A DNA stretch of 64,000 nucleotides, from NCBI GenBank assembly GCA_002245135.1, contig NGBS01000010.1, positions 1 to 64,000 on the forward strand, written 5' to 3'. The DNA comes from Proteromonas lacertae (taxonomy: Eukaryota). The notes under the pieces are model-generated. The model was not told the origin of the DNA. It did no database searches and saw only the letters and a program-made list of their open reading frames with translations. Numbering within the stretch: the first letter of the stretch is position 1; each line of letters starts with the position of its first letter. Below are positions 27,318 to 34,827 of the stretch, in pieces. The position numbers and the translations under genes are program-made.

Positions 27318-29746
27318 TTACTTATTGTTCACTTGGTTATATCTTTCTTCAAATTCTTTTCTTTCTTCATTATCTTCTACACTTGATATATATTCATAAG
27401 CTTCAGTTAAATATTTCTTTGATTCTTCTATCTCATCCTATTCATTACATTAATATTAATATTATACACTGCTATAGTTTACAAACTTTTCATAATCACT
27501 TTTACATATTTCTAATGCAGACTTCAAATATTCCAATGCTTTTTTATATTCTTTCTATTATAATCATTATATTAAATCATTATACAATATTGAAATAACA
27601 TAAACCTATATGACATCTACAGTCATATTTTTGTTCACTTGTAGATGCACTTTCTAATGCACATTTATAATATTCCAATGCTTTTTTATATTCTTTCTAT
27701 TATAATCATTATATTATATCATTATACAATATTGAAATAACATAAACCTATATGACATCTACAGTCATATTTTTGTTCATTTGTAGATGCACTTTCTAAT
27801 GCAGACTTCAAATATTCTATTGCTCTTTCATATTCACTCTATTATAATCATTATATTAAATCATTATACAATATTGAAATAACATAAACCTATATGATAT
27901 CTACAGTTATATTTTTGTTCACTTGTAGATGCACTTTCTAATGCACATTTATAATATTCCAATGCTTTTTCATATTCTTTCTATTATAATCATTATATTA
28001 TATCATTATACAATAAAAAAATAACAACCACCTATAGCACATCTACATTTGTATTTTTGTTCATTTGTAGATGCACTTTCTAATGCAGACTTCAAATATT
28101 CTATTGCTCTTTCATATTCACTCTATTATAATCATTATATTATATCATTATACAATATTGAAATAACATAAACCTATATTATATCTACAGTTATATTTTT
28201 GTTCATTTGTAGATGCACTTTCTAATGCAGACTTCAAGTATTCTATTGCTTTTTTATATTCTTTCTATTATAATCATTATATTATATCATTATACAATAT
28301 TGATATAACGTAAACCTATATTATATCTACAGTTATATTTTTGTTCATTTGTACAGGCTAGTTCTAATGCAGACTTCAAATATTCTATTGCTCTTTCATA
28401 TTCACTCTATTATAATCATTATATTATATCATTATACAATATTGAAATAACATAAACCTATATGATATCTACAGTTATATTTTTGTTCATTTGTAGATGC
28501 ACTTTCTAATGCAGACTTCAAATATTCTATTGCTTTTACATATTCTTTCTATTATAATCATTATATTATATCATTATACAATATTGATATAACGTAAACC
28601 TATATTATATCTACAGTTATATTTTTGTTCATTTGTTAATGATATTTCTAATGCACATTTATAATATTCCAATGCTTTTTCATATTCTTTCTATTATAAT
28701 CATTATATTATATCATTATACAATATTGATATAACAATCACCTATATAATATCTACAGTTATATTTTTGTTCATTTGTACAGGCTAGTTCTAATGCAGAT
28801 TTAAAACATTCCAATACTTTTTCATATTCTTTCTAATTTACTTATTATAGAATACTATTATACAATATTGAAATAACATAAACCTATATGACATCTACAG
28901 TTATATTTTTGTTCATTTGTTAATGATATTTTTAATGCAGACTTCAAATATTCCAATGCTTTTTTATATTCACTCTATTATAATCATTATATTAAATCAT
29001 TATACAATATAGAAATAACAATCACCTATATTATATCTACATTTGTATTTTTGTTCATTTGTAGATGCACTTTCTAATGCAGACTTCAAATATTCCAATG
29101 CTTTTTTATATTCACTCTATTATAATCATTATATTAAATCATTATACAATATAGAAATAACAATCACCTATAGCACATCTACAGTTATATTTTTGTTCAT
29201 TTGTAGATGCACTTTCTAATGCAGACTTCAAATATTCCAATGCTTTTTCATATTCACTCTATTATAATCATTATATTAAATCATTATACAATATAGAAAT
29301 AACAATCACCTATAGCAAATCTACAGTTATATTTTTGTTCATTTCTAACTGCACTTTCTAATGCACATTTAAAACATTCTATTGCTCTTTCATAATCTTT
29401 CTATGGAGTTTATATAACATCATCAAAAGTCATACGGAATTAAAGTAATTAAATCCTTCTAGAAATTCATCATTGTATCGTGAAGCTAAGCTTTCATTTG
29501 ACTGTTTATTATAGACACACAGTATTTTATACTTTATCACTACTGATATTACATCTCATCATATTCATCATTTTGTATGAATCTGTTGTGAAACATCTCA
29601 TTAATACTGATTTTGAAACAACAGGACTAAAGGTACTAACTCTAAACACTTTTATCAATTCTACATTCTATTCAATATAAATACACCAATACTGATCGAA
29701 AATTATTCACATTCCTTTTTAAATATCTTGGAATTGATTTTATCAT
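27318..29746 (-). CDS. TPR-repeat protein (37-aa repeats, one exon per repeat), possible mitochondrial/MRO targeting peptide
   Basis: Spliced unit KEYKKALEYLKSALESASTSEQKYDCRCHIGLCYFNI; 31-nt phase-0 GT-AG intron in each unit; N-terminus MIKSIPRYLKRNVNNFS...LMRCFTT; missed by the ORF track. Confidence 0.8.
27511..29400. repeat. Tandem array, 142-bp period, ~13.3 copies
   Basis: TCTAATGC anchor at 27511, 27653, 27795 ... 29215, 29357 at exact 142-bp spacing. Confidence 0.95.
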
Positions 29747-29822
29747 CAATTTTTATAATAACGAATTTGGGTTATTCGAAATGTTTTTCATAAACCAAAT
29801 ATCAAATATCTCTTTATATATA

Positions 29823-30240
29823 GTATATAAATGGGACCCTGGGACATTGTCACAGAGTCCTAACGAGTTTTCTAGGGGTCCGTCCCTTTCTAGATTCAGA
29901 GTTGACTTTTACGGGGCCTTCATCGATTGCATCGATGAAGCTCCCGTAAAGGTCAACTCTGAATCTAGAAGGGGACGGACTCCTAGAACACTCGTTAGAA
30001 CTCTGTGACAATGTCCCAGGGTCCCATTTACGTAAGGTTCCTACGGGATTCCTCCTAACGGGGTCTATTGCCTACGGAGTCTACTTCCCTACGGGAACTC
30101 CTCTAAGCTATTTCTATATCTATCTATACCTACCAATACTTACCTATACCTTCCTATACCTACCTATACCTATTTATGAGACGATCTCCTACGGGTACTC
30201 CTGGAAGCTATCTAGAAGTGTTGGTCACCTCGAGGTGATG
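29823..30240 (+). repeat. Left terminal inverted repeat (hairpin at 29828-30030)
   Basis: Reverse complement of 37619-37995 apart from a few substitutions and an indel in a (CTATAC)-like tract. Confidence 0.95.
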
Positions 30241-30387
30241 ATTCTAATCACGCTCTTGACTATCCTTGCTACGCTGGTGACCTTGTAAGGGCTTTTAATT
30301 GAATCGTGGAAACCAACTGGGGAACCGGGAGTTTACAATTGTTAACTTGTTACCAATTGTTAACTAGTTACCAAATGGTAACTCCGG

Positions 30388-31700
30388 GAGGTTCTAGCTA
30401 GTTGTGGATTTCTCAAGGCCCTTGAAGATAATGATTAGCAATCTCGGAAGGCTTCTGAAGGTATGTTTTATCATCCTTATAACTTTCCTAGATAAGTTCA
30501 TCCAAGACCTTCCCGAGAAGAACAGCCGTGTTGGCAAGGAAGGGAATCTCCCACGATGGGAGATTCCCTGACGCAGTCATGCACGGCTGGACGTATCTGG
30601 GAAGGTCTTGATGGTTCTTCTATTAATCAGTGACTTTATAACTGGAGGTTCTGGTTAGTACTGGATTTTCTCAAGGCCTTGAAGATCATCGTAAGTATTC
30701 TCGGGAGTTTCCTAGAGGTAAGTCTAATAGTCCTTGTTAATCAACTAGGTAACATTCAACTATCATCTATCCTAGCAAGGAAGGGATGTTCCTCCTTGAG
30801 TTATAACTCAAGGAGGAACCTCCCGACAAAGCCATGGAACTTCCATCAAGAGAGACTTCATTACAAAGTCAAGGAACATCCACGGGATCATTGCCTAGGT
30901 ATGCTTCATTGTCCTTATAACTCTTCTAGGTAAAGTTTAATTACATTGTCCAGGAGCTCACCGAGGAGATCACCATGATGACAAGGACGAGAGAAGTCCT
31001 CCTGAAGGCATAGTCGTAAGGAGGAGTTCTCTAGGACGTAGTCATGAATGGTGATCGTATCAGGGGAGGTACTACACTTTGAGCAATAACAAGACCAGGA
31101 GATCTTCATCCAGTTAAAGGACCATTATCAGAACCTCTTTAAGCAATCAACAACTTTGTTACCACTCCAGTTAGGCTTCAATTTCTCAAGGGTCCTTGAA
31201 GATCATTGTTATCAATCTTGGGAGCCTTATAAAGGTAAGTCTTATCGTCCTTGTTAATCAACTAGGTAACATTCAACTATCATCTATCTTAGCAAGGACG
31301 GGATGTTCCTCCTTGAGCTGTAACTCAAGGAGGAACCTCCTGACACAGTCATGGAACTTCCATCAAGAGACTGCATTACAAAGCCAAGGAACAGGATCAT
31401 TGCCTAGGTAAGTTTCATTGCCCTTCTAAGACTTGAATCCAAGATGCTCCAGCTAGTTCTGAATTTCTCAAAGGCCTTGAAGATTGTGATAAACAATCTC
31501 GGGAGGGTTCTGTAGGTATCTTCCATTAGCCTTGTAAGTCATCTACTAGGAAGCTCCTTACATACCAGTTTAGTTTATTTATTCCTGAAGGTAAAGTTCA
31601 TTCCCGAGGACAGCATCATCATCTAAGCAATCGTAGAAACGTGAATACCGTGATTGGGAAGCCTAGGATAAGTAGGAACTTACCTGAGCACTTGTTAGAG
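30388..31700. repeat. Degenerate array of ~250-280 bp units rich in stem-loops
   Basis: TTTCTCAAGG..CCTTGAAGAT anchor near 30410, 30667, 31182 and 31464; 30667-30915 and 31182-31420 are close paralogs. Confidence 0.8.
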
Positions 31701-32042
31701 ATGTTACTGGAGGTAAGCTAATGAGCAATTTCTTAAGGTCAATTCCCCATCATCTGTCCAATGGAGATTGAATAGGAATCATTCTGAAGCTATTCACTAA
31801 ATACTGTAGCTGAACAATACATATACTAGGATCAGCAATCCATAAGCAAGGTCAAGATGCCCTAGTGGGCAGACTAGGTACCAACATCCCATCCCCTCCG
31901 GGTTCGAACCCCAGTACAGCTACTGCTTATATCTGAACCACCTCCTACATAGCCTTGCCTCATCAACTCAGGAGATCGCCAGCAACTTCTAAGATCCAAA
32001 TTCTAAAGAAAAAATTGAGTAGAGATGAATCTGAGATGAACA

Positions 32043-32785
32043 GTTCACTACGTAGTACAACAACAGATACCCTAGCACTAGAACGAGATCAACTGCAGGA
32101 GCTTAGGAAGCATTGAGTGACCCCTACTACAAGAAGCCTAGGAGTTGGAGGTGCATTCACAACTCTGATAGGGCCAAGAAAAATTGAACTGACCGGACTT
32201 AAGGACGTCGTAAGGAAGGTTTAAAAATAGGGACATAGAAAATATATCCTGGACTTAGTTGCTAAATTCCTGGACTTGGTTCACTACTGATTACATCTAC
32301 AGATCACTAAGCTAGGTTGCGTGATTGCCTAAGCTGATCCAAGAGGATATGGTAGTTAAGGGAGTCTTCAATAGCATAAGCTATGCTTACCATGGTTCAA
32401 TGTGACTGAATAGAAGATGCTATTCAAGTAAGATCAACAAGAGTTAACATCCATGGTTCACTACAAAGTACGTCTACAGATCAACTAACATAATCTGAAG
32501 GATTAACTGATTGAATGTATGAAGACTCTGGAATAGAAGTATAATCATAAGCATGATCAGGTGTTTAAGGATGTTGATAACTAGAACATCAAAGAAAGCA
32601 ATACCTCCGAGATAGAAGGAATGATAAAATCAGACTTCATTGAAGAGATATCGATAGTTCATTACATAGTACAAGTACATATCACCTACTAGTAACATAG
32701 GATCCATTAGCATAAGTCCAATGCCAATGTAAACAACAACAAATGCTAATATCAATAGTTCATATACGATACAACTACAGATGAG
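32043..32785 (+). repeat. Five dispersed copies of a ~28 bp motif GTTCACTACNWAGTACRWCTACAGATCA
   Basis: Copies start at 32043, 32279, 32456, 32657 and 32758. Confidence 0.7.
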
Positions 32786-32822
32786 ATAGTCTAGTTCAAT
32801 TTTTCCCTTGCAATCAGAAACA

Positions 32823-33561
32823 ATGATTAAATGCTCATCTTGTCATATCAGGGCCTCTAAGGAAGCCAATGCTGATGGATCTGGGTATTATAAGACTTGT
32901 AGTAGATGCCGAGAAAGAGCAAGTAGACGCACAATCGCTCTTATTGAGAAAGCATCACAAGGAAAGGAACTTGTTGAAGAATGATACTCAGCCCGTAAGC
33001 GATAAGCTATCCTGCAGTAGATGTCATCGAAGCTTAAGTCTATTGTTCTTTAAGAATCCCGATGGAGGTTACTTCAATTGTTGCCATCGTTGTAGGTGTA
33101 GAAGGAGCCTGGCTAAACATAAGCAACAGTCCAAGAACTCCACCAATGCTACTCCCGATCCAGCTCTTGACGAATTAAGGACAAGGATGAACCTAAAAAT
33201 CCAACGCAATAGACAAGAGATAGTGAAGATGATCAAGGAGAACTCCTATCTATTCAACTGGGATGAAGTCTTCAATCAGACCTTTATAACTCCATGCAAT
33301 AATTATCAACCAGCAAAAGAGCCTTGCAAGACCTTGATCTCGTTAGCATTAAGGAACAAGCAAGTCAAGATAGAGATAGATCCTCCGGTAAAGCCACTTC
33401 CAACCTGCTGCTTTATTACTCTCTACGATTGCTTAAGCATATTCAAGAATGATCTTCAACACGAGGTAGATTCAGCAAAGAATTGTAAAGACCTTGATAA
33501 TCCTCCTGTAAAGAGACCTATAACAAAACCCTCAGTATCCATCACGAGGTGCTTCAAGTGA
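32823..33561 (+). pseudogene. Tandem CxxC...CxxC zinc-finger protein, split by a frameshift
   Basis: 32823-32984 encodes MIKCSSCHIRASKEANADGSGYYKTCSRCRER; the +1 frame (ORF 32869-33561) has the paralogous CSRCHRSLSLLFFKNPDGGYFNCCHRCRCRR. Confidence 0.6.
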
Positions 33562-33699
33562 TCCTCCAGCGAAGCATCTAAAGCTAGCTTCTGAAGCAAC
33601 TCCTTACCCGGCGAAGTCATCAGAAGCAGTAGTAGTAAACGCATCTACTGATAAGGAACGTGATTAACATTGTTGGTACATAGTAAAATGTTACCTTGG

Positions 33700-34800
33700 G
33701 TATGACCGAGGACAATAGAAATAATCAATTCAAGGAGCCTTACGGAGATGAGCAACTCAAGGACATGGTAAGTAATCAATTCAATAAACTAAAGGAGTCT
33801 TGGATAAGTTAATGATAGTAAGGACATCAACAACCCCGAGATAACAACCTTGGATCAATGACTCTGAAGATCATGAAGTAGTTGTAGGTACATAAAGAGT
33901 TACAATTGCAGACTATAGGAAGTGTGATCGATAATCCTTTACCTGAGTAGTCCTTACTTGTGATGCTAGGAATCATTACTAGTAAGTAAGTAAGTAGACC
34001 CGAGATATCGTATACTCCTCAAGTAGCAACACTGGCATAGATGTCCAAGAGTCTATAAGCTATCGATCGTAAGGTGATTATCAGTAGATAGGTAAATACA
34101 CTGACTTCAATAACAATACCGAGACTAGTAGTGATCAGACTGAAGGCTAGTACATTACTGAGGATCAACAACTTCGATGAACTAGAACTAGAAGGAATTG
34201 TCACTTGAGGGGTTACCATCAGTTCAAGAGATAGGTATCGGTAAAGATCACAAGTAGTTCTTCAAGAGATGTTAAGGATGAGATCAACTCTAACTTCAGT
34301 AGTCAGTCTCAAGGTACTTACCATAGCAGTGATCATAGACTGCTAGAACCGAGAGTGAAGACGAAGTACCTCATAGGTAATGCCTGTCACGTCCGAGAAG
34401 TCCAAGAAGGTTAAGGAGCATCTGGAATAGAGACGATTAGCAGATCCTTGGAAGTCAAAGGTGCAATTGAAGTCTACGGAGAGTAGTTGAACTTCAAAGG
34501 AGGCTTCTGACCATCGTATAAGTCTTATCGGAATAGAAGCATTGTAATTTAAGATGGTACATGATGATCGATACTATGAAGTTCACAGTATAGAGATCAC
34601 GCAACTCATTACAAAGACCGATAAAGTCATCTACATCCATCAGCTAGTAATCGCAAGGAGTTGAAGTTCATCGTGTGGATAGAGTAAGCAAGGAACTTCT
34701 CGGGAGGTAGGCAAAGCTGTTGAAGACCAGGACATGTTATGATATAAGAGATACCTGAGAAGTCATCTAAGTAAAGTAGCTCCTGGATCTATAAGTAAAG
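33700..34800 (+). pseudogene. Decayed coding sequence of unknown product
   Basis: Short runs with the element's codon bias (aag, gag, atc, ttc, aac) broken by stops and frame changes; no recognisable motif. Confidence 0.4.
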
Positions 34801-34827
34801 TTCTGATCTGGAATCATTTCTTAGGCA

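Noticed and set aside
27511..29400. Regular tandem array as a CRISPR or satellite DNA
   Set aside because: No unique spacers; units splice into an in-frame TPR repeat
29781..30008. ORFs 29781-30008 (+) and 37690-38052 (-) sharing a peptide
   Set aside because: By-products of the TIR/hairpin; they start in flanking host DNA and diverge by a frameshift
30679..31411. Paralogous short ORFs 30679-30933 and 31196-31411
   Set aside because: Non-ATG starts, frame not kept between repeat units; better explained by the repeat array
31860..31930. tRNA gene
   Set aside because: Only a T-loop/B-box-like motif; no acceptor, D or anticodon stems found
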